Positions 24,721 through 32,282 of a stretch of 64,000 nucleotides of DNA are shown in pieces. This stretch comes from a virus. Each line of letters opens with the position of its first letter. Positions within the stretch are counted from its first letter, which is position 1. The DNA lies in the IMG/VR virus record IMGVR_UViG_3300022747_000001, positions 1 through 64,000 of that record; one strand, written 5' to 3'. Both the position numbers and the translations under genes were made by a program. The notes under the pieces are model-generated. The model was not told where the DNA came from. It did not search any database and saw nothing but the letters and a program-made list of their open reading frames with translations.

Positions 24721-25206
24721 TTAGTTGGCTCGCATGGCGCGAGTGTTGGGGCCGCCTGGTGCCTTGATGGACGCCTTGATCGGCGTGACCTTCTTGGCCT
24801 TGATGAGTTTCAGACGGGTCGAGGAGATGAACATGCTTTCGGCAGCGCCCTCTTTCTTCAAGGCACCTTCGGGCTTGAGCACGTCGAAGTACACGCAGCC
24901 ATTCATGAAGGTGGACTTCATGCTGGCGACACCCTTAAAGCCGGTCAAAATGCACTGCACTTCGTCACCGATGGCAATGTCAACGGGCTGCGGCTCGGTC
25001 GCCAGCTCACTGATGCCTTTGCCTTTGACCTTCAGCGTCACGGCGTCAAAGTTCACCTGCTCGGGGAACTTCTCAGAGCCTTTGGCCGCTTTGGGCGTGA
25101 CGGTGTACTGGATGTTGCCGCTGAACAATTCAATGCGTGCGGTGGCGGTGCCCTCGTAGCCGGATTGCAGGTCGGTGACGAGGCTGCCCAGTTTGATTTC
25201 TTGCAT
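24721..25206 (-). CDS. hypothetical protein, 161 aa
   Basis: ORF track. RBS AAGGAG. Confidence 0.6.
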   Translation of the reverse strand: MQEIKLGSLVTDLQSGYEGTATARIELFSGNIQYTVTPKAAKGSEKFPEQVNFDAVTLKVKGKGISELATEPQPVDIAIGDEVQCILTGFKGVASMKSTFMNGCVYFDVLKPEGALKKEGAAESMFISSTRLKLIKAKKVTPIKASIKAPGGPNTRAMRAN

Positions 25207-25217
25207 GGAAAACTCCT

Positions 25218-25715
25218 TTACTTTCGACGATATGAAGACGCGCCCGAACCCACGTAGGTCGTGGTGGCAGGTTTGTAAGATGACGGCGCCGGCGCCGGAA
25301 CCACTCGTGCGGGAGGTGCAGGTGGTGTCGGGGGTGCCACCTGTTTGATTGGCTCCACCTTGGGCGGCACTTGCTGGATGACCGTCTTGTTCACAATGGT
25401 CTTGTGGATGACGGTGGGTGCAGGGGCCGGTGCAATGGCGGGTGAAGACACCGCACTGCGGTTGCCTGCACTACCCAGCATGTAACCGAGCATGCCACCC
25501 ATGAGCATGTCGTGTGAGTTGTTCTGCTGCGCTGGCGCTTGCTGAACGATGACCTGCTGCGGTTGTGGTGCAGCCAACGCAGGTTGCTGCGCGGGTGCTT
25601 GTGGTTGCATCAGTGCGGGTTGGCTTTGCACCTGAGCTTGCGGCTGTGGAGCCGTGTTGTCAGAGCAGCCTGTCAGCACCAAGCCAGCGGCGGCGATGAG
25701 CGTGAGGGCTTTCAT
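25218..25715 (-). CDS. lipoprotein, 165 aa, Pro/Gln/Ala-rich
   Basis: Signal peptide with lipobox LTGC, then a low-complexity PQ/PA repeat region. Confidence 0.6.
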   Translation of the reverse strand: MKALTLIAAAGLVLTGCSDNTAPQPQAQVQSQPALMQPQAPAQQPALAAPQPQQVIVQQAPAQQNNSHDMLMGGMLGYMLGSAGNRSAVSSPAIAPAPAPTVIHKTIVNKTVIQQVPPKVEPIKQVAPPTPPAPPARVVPAPAPSSYKPATTTYVGSGASSYRRK

Positions 25716-26113
25716 GCGCCGTACTGTGTGAAGGTTTGCTGAATCCAGCGCTTGACCGAGCCGTGAAAGCTGGTGGGTTTGCGCAACTGGATGGAACTGC
25801 CCTCGAACATATTCAACGCAGCGACGGCGCGGCCCGTGCGTTTGTCGAATTTGTCCCCTGGATGGCAGATCGCGGTGGAGATCAGCACGATGTTGCGGCG
25901 ATTTTCCACGTAAGCGATGGTCAGACGCCCTGATTTGGGCGGCTTGGTGCTGCTCTCTTCCATGATGCCGGTGCTTGGGTCCACTTCGACGAAGCGAATG
26001 CCTTGCTCGGCTGCGAATTCAATGATCTCGCCCTGGGCTTTACGTACCAATGCAACTTTTGCTGCTTTGGCTTGAGCTTCCGCCTGGCGAGGATGGATGG
26101 TCGGTGTCGTCAT
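25712..26113 (-). CDS. hypothetical protein, 133 aa
   Basis: ORF track. RBS AAAGGAG. Confidence 0.6.
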   Translation of the reverse strand: MTTPTIHPRQAEAQAKAAKVALVRKAQGEIIEFAAEQGIRFVEVDPSTGIMEESSTKPPKSGRLTIAYVENRRNIVLISTAICHPGDKFDKRTGRAVAALNMFEGSSIQLRKPTSFHGSVKRWIQQTFTQYGA

Positions 26114-26131
26114 CTATTCTCCTTTGTAACG

Positions 26132-26155
26132 TCATTAGTGACTTATTGCAGTATA
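26132..26155 (-). promoter_or_regulatory. -10 TATACT followed by operator copy
   Basis: Minus strand reads TATACTGCAATAAGTCACTAATGA. Confidence 0.5.
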
Positions 26156-26204
26156 CCGAGCGCGAACCCAGATTTCCCAGGGCATTCACGGCAACTGCAC
26201 TCAC

Positions 26205-26232
26205 AAATGAAAACACCCGCATAAAGCGGGTG
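26205..26232 (-). terminator. Rho-independent terminator of the tRNA operon
   Basis: Stem cacccgc (26214-26220) / gcgggtg (26226-26232). The minus strand continues TTTTCATTTG. Confidence 0.75.
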
Positions 26233-26287
26233 GTTTCGCCCTCGTCCAACAGCCACTGAAGGCTGCCGATAAGGGATTGTAAATACA

Positions 26288-26372
26288 TGGTGCTCTAGGC
26301 GGGACTCGAACCCGCACGTCTTTCGACACCGGCACCTGAAGCCGGCGCGTCTACCAATTCCACCACCAGAGC
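26288..26372 (-). tRNA. tRNA-Leu (CAG), type II, CCA encoded
   Basis: Hand-folded cloverleaf. Anticodon loop TTCAGGT, long variable arm TGTCGAAAGACGT, T-arm GCGGG TTCGAGT CCCGC. Confidence 0.85.
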
Positions 26373-26375
26373 ATC

Positions 26376-26451
26376 TGGTGCCGCCTTGAGGAATCGAACC
26401 CCAGACCTTCTGCTTACAAGGCAGCTGCTCTACCAACTGAGCTAAGGCGGC
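26376..26451 (-). tRNA. tRNA-Thr (TGT), CCA encoded
   Basis: Acceptor GCCGCCT/AGGCGGC. Anticodon loop CTTGTAA. T-loop TTCGATT. Confidence 0.85.
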
Positions 26452-26682
26452 GATCTGTCGGGATGGTCGTGACCTTCAGGTGCTGGACTCCATCAAGAGG
26501 AGACGCTGACGCTGGTTAGTTCTTAGAACACCCCGACAAAACTTTGCATCGAGAAGTGGAAGCTCACATGAAGCAGTGGGTTTCCACCTACCGGAGTCAG
26601 ACTCCCTTCCTTTCGAAAGTGAGGTTGATCGGTAGCAACGGCGCTGACCCGTTGCACTTCCTCTTCTCGACACTAGAAAACA
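26452..26682 (-). ncRNA. candidate structured RNA inside the tRNA array (231 nt)
   Basis: No tRNA fold and no credible ORF. A 14-bp helix pairs 26549-26562 with 26657-26670 (one mismatch). Nested hairpins at 26593-26605 and 26635-26655. A second helix pairs 26457-26462 with 26532-26537. Confidence 0.35.
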
Positions 26683-26759
<77 letters not shown>

Positions 26760-26761
26760 AT

Positions 26762-26837
26762 TGGCTGGCATACCTGGCCTCGAACCAGGGACAACTTGAT
26801 TAACAGTCAAGTGCTCTACCAACTGAGCTATATGCCA
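26762..26837 (-). tRNA. tRNA-Asn (GTT), CCA encoded
   Basis: Acceptor TGGCATA/TATGCCA, discriminator G, anticodon loop CTGTTAA. Confidence 0.85.
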
Positions 26838-26844
26838 ACGAAAC

Positions 26845-26920
26845 TGGTTGCGGGGACAGGACTTGAACCTGCGGCCTCTGGGTTATGAACCCAGCGTTCT
26901 GCCAACTGAACTACCCCGCT
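26845..26920 (-). tRNA. tRNA-Met (CAT) with initiator-like features, CCA encoded
   Basis: AGCGGGG...CCCCGCAACCA gives an A1-A72 mismatch. Three G-C pairs close the anticodon stem (CTGGG TTCATAA CCCAG). The 3' end matches E. coli tRNA-fMet as I recall it. Confidence 0.8.
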
Positions 26921-26941
26921 GCAATCTCTTTCAATACGTGA

Positions 26942-26985
26942 ATCTTATATAAGTTTTCGAGGGAAGTCAACTCAGTGCTGACTTA
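26942..26985 (-). promoter_or_regulatory. sigma70-type promoter of the tRNA operon with upstream operator copy
   Basis: -35 TTGACT (plus 26965-26970), 17-nt spacer, -10 TAAGAT (26942-26947). Operator tcagtgctgactta at 26972-26985. Confidence 0.6.
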
Positions 26986-26997
26986 CCCTGCAAAAAA

Positions 26998-27153
26998 CTA
27001 CCGCTTTGCCTTGTTGTTCACCTCGAACTGCTCCCAGTCTTGCAGGGAGCTGGCCAAGGTTGTGAAGGCGGCCACCCCGCTACGTTCACGTTCCTCTTCA
27101 GACACCAGCTCCACTGGTTCGTCGATGTCGTCGTGGGTTTCGGGATGTGCCAT
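26998..27153 (-). CDS. small acidic protein, 51 aa
   Basis: Trimmed to MAHPETHDD, which has RBS TAAGGAG upstream. Directly downstream of the RNR gene. Confidence 0.4.
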   Translation of the reverse strand: MAHPETHDDIDEPVELVSEEERERSGVAAFTTLASSLQDWEQFEVNNKAKR

Positions 27154-27163
27154 GCAAAGCTCC

Positions 27164-29644
27164 TTACTTGTTGTCACCGAAGTCGATCGGGCAGCCGCCG
27201 GCTCCGCAGTCAACGTGCTCAAAGCCAATGTCTTCCTTGACGGCTTCGGATTCCTTGATGGCGGCACAAATCATTTCGAATTCGTGCTTGGTCACAGGCT
27301 GCTCGGGCTGGTACTCGTAGGCTGTGGTGTCCGCTTGTGGCATCACCGAGCAGCAACGAATGGTGGACTGACCGTGCAACAGGGTGTGCTTGAAGTCCTC
27401 GTAGCTGACCTTTTTCGGGTCGTACTTCAAGGTGTAGCTCACTTGGTTGCCACGCTCTTCCAGCGGGGTCACGCCGTCTTCGTCAACACCCGTGATCCAA
27501 TACTTCTCCATGAGACGCAGGAACTGGTATTGCTCTTCCGGTGTGGCCTCTGCCGCTGTCACCAGCTTGTCACCCATACCCAGCGCGACGATCTCTGGCA
27601 CGGTCGGGAAGCCCACGATGGTCGTACCGGAGTAGCTCTTGAGCTTCTTCACAGGATAGCCAAGCTCACGGTATTGGTCGATCAACGGGTCGTCGTTGCG
27701 GAACTGCACCCAGCGCAGGTACTCACGCATGGAGGGCAAGTGAGCGCCTTCAGTCAGACCGAACAGCTTGGACGTGGTGCCGGCTGGCTTCATCGTCGTG
27801 TTGGTGTGCGGCACGGTCACGCCCAGCTTGGTCGAGTAGACCTTTGCCTCGTCTTGCACGGCGCGTTTGAAGCGGCTCAGAGTCAGCCAGAAGTCCAGCG
27901 ACTTGGCTTCGTCCACAATGTCCTTCCAACCGTAGCCAAAGCGTGCCCACGCGTACTCGTGAAAGCCGGTGATGCCAACACCAATGCGGTTGGTGCGCTT
28001 GACTTCCTTACCGTACAGGCTGTCCATCAGGTTGGTGCGAATCAGAGCGCGAGTGGCGGTGCGGAAGGCATCTTCTGCATCGTCGTCCCAGCGGCGATTG
28101 CGTCCGTCGATTGACTGATCGGTCACGGTGCCAGGAATCGGTGTGCCGGCATGGTAAGGCACCACGTCAGCGATCACGCAGTAACCACCCAGGGCACCCA
28201 GAACGATCTCGCCACAGGGGTTGGTGATCGTCTTGTACGGGCAGTTCTGCCAGGCTTTTGCCAGCGCTGCGGTCAGCTCCAGGGTGGCGGTATCGAGCTT
28301 GTAGCGCTCGGATTCGGCAAAGTTGCCGTCCAGCAATGCTTCGATGCCTTCGTTGCTCCAAGTGAGCTTGTCCACGCTGATGATGCCTGGCTCGCCGGTC
28401 TGGTCGTGATAGGCGGCGTAGCAGAGCGCATCGAACACGGCTTTGGCGTGAACGGCCAACTCAACGGTCGCCTCGTTCTCGTACTTGACCACCTCCGCAA
28501 TGTCGGCTTTCACGAGCTTCCAGAACTCATCGTCCACGGTCACGCTGTTGTTCGAAGACCACAGGAAGCCACCGCGCTTGACCTCGATGAACTCCATCAC
28601 GTTCTTGTCGCGCCAGGTCTTTGTGGCCATGCGAGCCGCACGACGCGCACCGCCAACGAGCACACACTCGGCAACGTAGTGGTCGGCGTACATGGCGGCA
28701 CGCCAGGGCGACATGCCTGCGTCACGCAACTTGGCCAAGTTCTGAATGGCGGTCATCATCGGGCCAGGGCCGGATGCGGGGCGGTTTTGCATCCCTGCGA
28801 TCGGGGCGCCGCGTGGTCGCACGTTGGAGAAGTCCAAGATCAGCACCGTGTTGCGCTTGTCACCACGGAAGGCCATGTACTCCATCTTCTCGAGGGCTTT
28901 GGCCCAGCCTTCGCGCGAATCTGGCACTTCGAACACTTCGATCTCGCGACCGGCGTACAGGTGCTTGGCGTTGCGCAAGTCCAGCGCGTTGATCTCGCCG
29001 GTCTGCGCGTCCTTGTGCATCATGTCGATGGTGCAGACGGTCACAGGCAGGCTGTTCAGGTCAGCGCGGATCATTTCGTTGTCATAGCTGCGACCGACAC
29101 CCGAGCCATTCAAGAGCAGGTAGAAGGACAGGAACGTCGATGCGGAGGTCGAGCAGTTCGTGAAGACTTCCATGTTGCGCAGGCTTTGCGATTCATCTCC
29201 GTGCTGCAAGTGGCGACCGGACATCAGAATCGAGGCTTGGCGCAGGTGGTGGTGCATCTTCTCGAATTCGAACGTGCGCTCGGCAGCCAGTTGAGAAAGA
29301 TTCTCATTGCTGTGGAGTGGATGCAGCGTGGCCGAACCGTAAGCGACACGCGCCGCAACGTCAGCCCAAGTCTCCACCTCAACGTGGCCCGTGACCTTCA
29401 GCTCGATCTGGACGATCAGGTCGTCACCATAGGCAACGTGGTAGGACTCGATCACGAGGTTGTTGGACTTGCACCACTCATCGACTTCGTGATCCAGAGC
29501 CATGTCGTCACGGCGTGGCAGCTCGATGGTCTTGGTGTACGTGTCCACCTGGCGGGTGATTTTGCGGTTGATAGTTCTATCCGCAACGGCATCACCAATA
29601 CCTTTGGCGTAACTTCGTGCGGGGGTTTCTGTGGACAGGCTCAT
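27164..29644 (-). CDS. nrdJ: ribonucleotide reductase, class II (B12-dependent) type, 826 aa
   Basis: Active-site TNPCGEI (class II style; class Ia has NLCxE). C-terminal Cys pair CGAGGC. No NrdB-like gene in the window. Confidence 0.8.
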   Translation of the reverse strand: MSLSTETPARSYAKGIGDAVADRTINRKITRQVDTYTKTIELPRRDDMALDHEVDEWCKSNNLVIESYHVAYGDDLIVQIELKVTGHVEVETWADVAARVAYGSATLHPLHSNENLSQLAAERTFEFEKMHHHLRQASILMSGRHLQHGDESQSLRNMEVFTNCSTSASTFLSFYLLLNGSGVGRSYDNEMIRADLNSLPVTVCTIDMMHKDAQTGEINALDLRNAKHLYAGREIEVFEVPDSREGWAKALEKMEYMAFRGDKRNTVLILDFSNVRPRGAPIAGMQNRPASGPGPMMTAIQNLAKLRDAGMSPWRAAMYADHYVAECVLVGGARRAARMATKTWRDKNVMEFIEVKRGGFLWSSNNSVTVDDEFWKLVKADIAEVVKYENEATVELAVHAKAVFDALCYAAYHDQTGEPGIISVDKLTWSNEGIEALLDGNFAESERYKLDTATLELTAALAKAWQNCPYKTITNPCGEIVLGALGGYCVIADVVPYHAGTPIPGTVTDQSIDGRNRRWDDDAEDAFRTATRALIRTNLMDSLYGKEVKRTNRIGVGITGFHEYAWARFGYGWKDIVDEAKSLDFWLTLSRFKRAVQDEAKVYSTKLGVTVPHTNTTMKPAGTTSKLFGLTEGAHLPSMREYLRWVQFRNDDPLIDQYRELGYPVKKLKSYSGTTIVGFPTVPEIVALGMGDKLVTAAEATPEEQYQFLRLMEKYWITGVDEDGVTPLEERGNQVSYTLKYDPKKVSYEDFKHTLLHGQSTIRCCSVMPQADTTAYEYQPEQPVTKHEFEMICAAIKESEAVKEDIGFEHVDCGAGGCPIDFGDNK

Positions 29645-29699
29645 GAGGCTCCTTTTTCTGTTTTCATGGGGGTTAAAAAATCGGGATGGCGAGTCTAAC

Positions 29700-29713
29700 T
29701 CAGTTGTGACTTA
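29700..29713 (-). promoter_or_regulatory. operator-like motif copy
   Basis: Plus tcagttgtgactta, between 29730-30293 and the RNR start. The minus strand has CTTATATGGT just upstream. Confidence 0.45.
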
Positions 29714-29729
29714 GGCACCATATAAGCAT

Positions 29730-30293
29730 TTACCAGGCGGTGTCGCCGGTGTTGGTGGTTGGCTGGTCAGCCGGCTTGTGACTTTCTTCGGGTTTCCAGA
29801 CCATTGGCGGCGGGCGAAAGCTCACGCGGCTACGATCCAGACCCGAGGTGTTCACAGATGTCAGCGATCCGTCAGGACAGACCAGCGAGGTCATGCCCTT
29901 TTGAGCCTGTTTGCAGACCGTCCTGAGTCGGTACTCGGTGCTGCCTGACATGGGGTTTGGGTTCTGATCCACCGCCACATCAAGGCGCCGGCACTGGGCA
30001 CAACGTGTCTCGTTTTCGACGGTGCGCATCAGCTTTTGGTGAGCGTCCTCCAGCAGCCTGGCAACCATGCGGTCGTCTCTGGCGTGCGAGGCGGTGTAGT
30101 CGTCCACCACGGTCGAGATCGCCAAAGGGTTGGCGAAGACCGTCTTCTCGTTGACGTGAATCTCCTGCGGCTCTGACTCAAAGTTGCCGGTCAGATATTC
30201 TCTGGCGAAGTTATCACTGCTCAGAAGCGGCGAGACTGCCTTGATGAGTTCGTGCAGCGTTGTTGGGTCGAAGGGTGTGTCTGAGGTTGCCAT
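29730..30293 (-). CDS. hypothetical protein, 187 aa
   Basis: ORF track. Confidence 0.6.
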   Translation of the reverse strand: MATSDTPFDPTTLHELIKAVSPLLSSDNFAREYLTGNFESEPQEIHVNEKTVFANPLAISTVVDDYTASHARDDRMVARLLEDAHQKLMRTVENETRCAQCRRLDVAVDQNPNPMSGSTEYRLRTVCKQAQKGMTSLVCPDGSLTSVNTSGLDRSRVSFRPPPMVWKPEESHKPADQPTTNTGDTAW

Positions 30294-30317
30294 AGATGGT
30301 GTTGCTTATATGCAAGC

Positions 30318-30338
30318 AGTATATTCACGGGTGACTTA
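30318..30338 (-). promoter_or_regulatory. operator copy immediately upstream of -10 TATACT
   Basis: Minus strand reads TAAGTCACCCGTGAATATACT. Confidence 0.5.
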
Positions 30339-30340
30339 TG

Positions 30341-30916
30341 TCACGCGGCAGTCTTCATACCGCGATAGATTGCCAAGGCTTGCTGGAGCTGTTGTGAGTC
30401 CAAGCCGGCGTTGATTGACGCTACCGCGTCCGCCAAGTGCTCGTTCACGTTCATCGGCACCATCTTGCCTTTGAGCTTGCGCATACGCCACGGCGCATCA
30501 GGGAACCGACCCATTGCCCACTCGATCATTTCACCTTTGGTGGCAGAGCGAATGCCAGTGGCTTTGAACTTGACCTCGGCGGGGAACACTTGGATCAGGG
30601 GAATTGGGCACGCTGCCAGCACGCCAGTCACCAGACCGGAGTTGAAGTTCGCCGCTGCGTAGCCTGCGGGGTTGCAAAACGGAATCTCACTGATGGCAAA
30701 CGAGGCGTCCTCACACGCGTCCACCATGCCTTGACGCACCTCACGGGCACGACGCAGGTCGTCCGACTGCTTGATGACGCCCTTCTTCGATTCGCTTTCC
30801 GTCTCGATGCAGATCAGATCGTCCACTACCCACTCCATTGATGTCACGTCAAGCGTGGCTTTGCAAATACCCCAGTTCGAGGTTGACGGGTCCATCCCGA
30901 CGATTCGGATTTTCAT
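30341..30916 (-). CDS. ruvC: RuvC-like Holliday junction resolvase, 191 aa
   Basis: N-terminal IVGMDPSTSNWG (the RuvC GxDPG-type first Asp), Glu in ISEIPF, and NEHLADAVA near the C-terminus. Confidence 0.7.
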   Translation of the reverse strand: MKIRIVGMDPSTSNWGICKATLDVTSMEWVVDDLICIETESESKKGVIKQSDDLRRAREVRQGMVDACEDASFAISEIPFCNPAGYAAANFNSGLVTGVLAACPIPLIQVFPAEVKFKATGIRSATKGEMIEWAMGRFPDAPWRMRKLKGKMVPMNVNEHLADAVASINAGLDSQQLQQALAIYRGMKTAA

Positions 30917-31446
30917 AATGCTGCCTTTCTAGTTTGCATTTTCTTGATTTGAGTGACTGTGGCAGTCTTGATGCCGTACTTCTCGGCCAGTTGCCTTCCG
31001 ATTCCATGCTTGCCAGCGTTGGCAGCTGCATGAATTTCGCGAACCTGCTCATCCGTCAACTTTGTTCGAGGGTGTCTCTCGCCAATGATTCGCGTGCCAT
31101 GTCCGAACTGATCTCTCATATTGTCCACATGAGTTGACCACTCAAGATTGGCGACGGTGTTGTCGTTCGGAGTGCCGTTCTTGTGGCGACTCTCCGTGCC
31201 TTCTGGCCGTGGGCCTACGAACGCTTCAAGCACCAGTCGATGAACCCAGCGACGGTTATGCCGTTCGCCTGGCCGTTTTCTACCCAACTCCACAACGACG
31301 TAACCCTTCGGCGTGATCGTGCCACCTAGAATCTTCGGTTCGTCGGCGCGTCCGTGACCATTGCCTTTGCGCCAGCTTCTGACACGCCCAAGATTCGACA
31401 CTTCGTAGTCAGGGTTCTCCACAACTGGCCGCCATTCTTCTTTCAT
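30913..31446 (-). CDS. HNH homing endonuclease (NUMOD4 + HNH_3 + C-terminal HTH), 177 aa
   Basis: EWRPVVENPDYEVSNLGRVRS (NUMOD4). HRLVLEAFVG...RHKNGTPNDNTVANLEW (HNH). Confidence 0.85.
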   Translation of the reverse strand: MKEEWRPVVENPDYEVSNLGRVRSWRKGNGHGRADEPKILGGTITPKGYVVVELGRKRPGERHNRRWVHRLVLEAFVGPRPEGTESRHKNGTPNDNTVANLEWSTHVDNMRDQFGHGTRIIGERHPRTKLTDEQVREIHAAANAGKHGIGRQLAEKYGIKTATVTQIKKMQTRKAAL

Positions 31447-31673
31447 TACCAGCTTTCGGTTGTTGTTTTGGGGGTGTCGTGTGGAGTTTCAGACTCCCAG
31501 CTTGGCGGAGCGCTGTTGACGACGAATTGAATCTGATCCATGCGCCGGTTCATCAGCGCGTTTTGCAGCTTGACCGCCTCCTCATTGGTCAGCATCAGCT
31601 CCATCTTGACGAGCGCACTCTCTTGGCCGACGAGCGTGTACTCGGCGCGGCTGAAGTTGCCTTCGATCACCAT
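31446..31673 (-). CDS. hypothetical protein, 75 aa
   Basis: ORF track. Confidence 0.45.
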   Translation of the reverse strand: MVIEGNFSRAEYTLVGQESALVKMELMLTNEEAVKLQNALMNRRMDQIQFVVNSAPPSWESETPHDTPKTTTESW

Positions 31674-32140
31674 GAGCCGAACCCGATGTCCTTGTAGGCT
31701 TCAGAGCGCGACTCCATGCTCTTGCGCTCCTCTCGGGCGGCAGCGTTCACACGGGCTTCAGCCAACATGGCATGCACGTCACCCATGTTCTCTTTCAGGT
31801 AGTCCTTGAACCCCATCAGCTTCTCGCGTGCCTGGTTCTCGTCCATCTCCATTTCGATGTACTCAGCCACCATCACGGGGGTGAACACGAAGATCATGCG
31901 ACCCCGCTTGCCGACGTAGGCTCGCGAGGGGGCAAAGTCTTCTGAGCCGATGTGCGCCTGCTTGGAGTACGCGCCATTGGCTCGCTTGACGGTCAGCGTC
32001 TCTGGGGCCGCCAGCATGAAGGTTTCAGTGGTCGCCTTCAGGACTTCAGTGATCTTCTCGGCAAGAAGCTCCAGCTCCTGTTGCAGCTCGTCGGTTTCAG
32101 CCTGCCCTTCGGCAGTGCGTGCAATTTTGTCTTCTGGCAT
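31667..32140 (-). CDS. hypothetical protein, 157 aa
   Basis: Start moved to MPEDKIAR, which has RBS AAAGGAGG upstream. The region further upstream carries a promoter and an operator. Confidence 0.5.
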   Translation of the reverse strand: MPEDKIARTAEGQAETDELQQELELLAEKITEVLKATTETFMLAAPETLTVKRANGAYSKQAHIGSEDFAPSRAYVGKRGRMIFVFTPVMVAEYIEMEMDENQAREKLMGFKDYLKENMGDVHAMLAEARVNAAAREERKSMESRSEAYKDIGFGSW

Positions 32141-32187
32141 TCGCGCCTCCTTTTTCGGTTCAAAGCGAGCCACCTCGGGCCGCTCTC

Positions 32188-32212
32188 TCATTACTGACTG
32201 ATTGGTAGTATA
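32188..32212 (-). promoter_or_regulatory. -10 TATACT followed by operator copy
   Basis: Minus strand reads TATACTACCAATCAGTCAGTAATGA. Confidence 0.5.
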
Positions 32213-32282
32213 CCCAGGGGTTTGCAGCAGATGTGCCAACTCAGCGGCAAACCGTGCTCGATCCACCCGCACGGGCTTGTCT

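Noticed and set aside
26476-26673. 65-aa ORF, and the plus-strand ORF 26544-26753, in the tRNA-array spacer.
   Set aside because: The products are Arg/Ser-rich and have no RBS, and the plus-strand ORF runs into tRNA-Pro. The region is better explained as structured RNA.
26452-26682. A sixth tRNA, or a tRNA interrupted by a group I intron, in the array gap.
   Set aside because: I could not build a cloverleaf. The acceptor-like helix GTCGGG/CCCGAC encloses arms with a 3-nt D-loop and no T-loop GTTCRA. At 231 nt with no recognisable P/Q/R/S elements, a group I intron is unlikely by eye. This needs a program to exclude formally.
27164-29644. Class Ia RNR large subunit (NrdA).
   Set aside because: The active-site loop reads NPCGE rather than NxCxE, there is no ATP-cone-like N-terminus, and no NrdB gene is in 64 kb. 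Class II is more likely, but this is not proven without a profile search.
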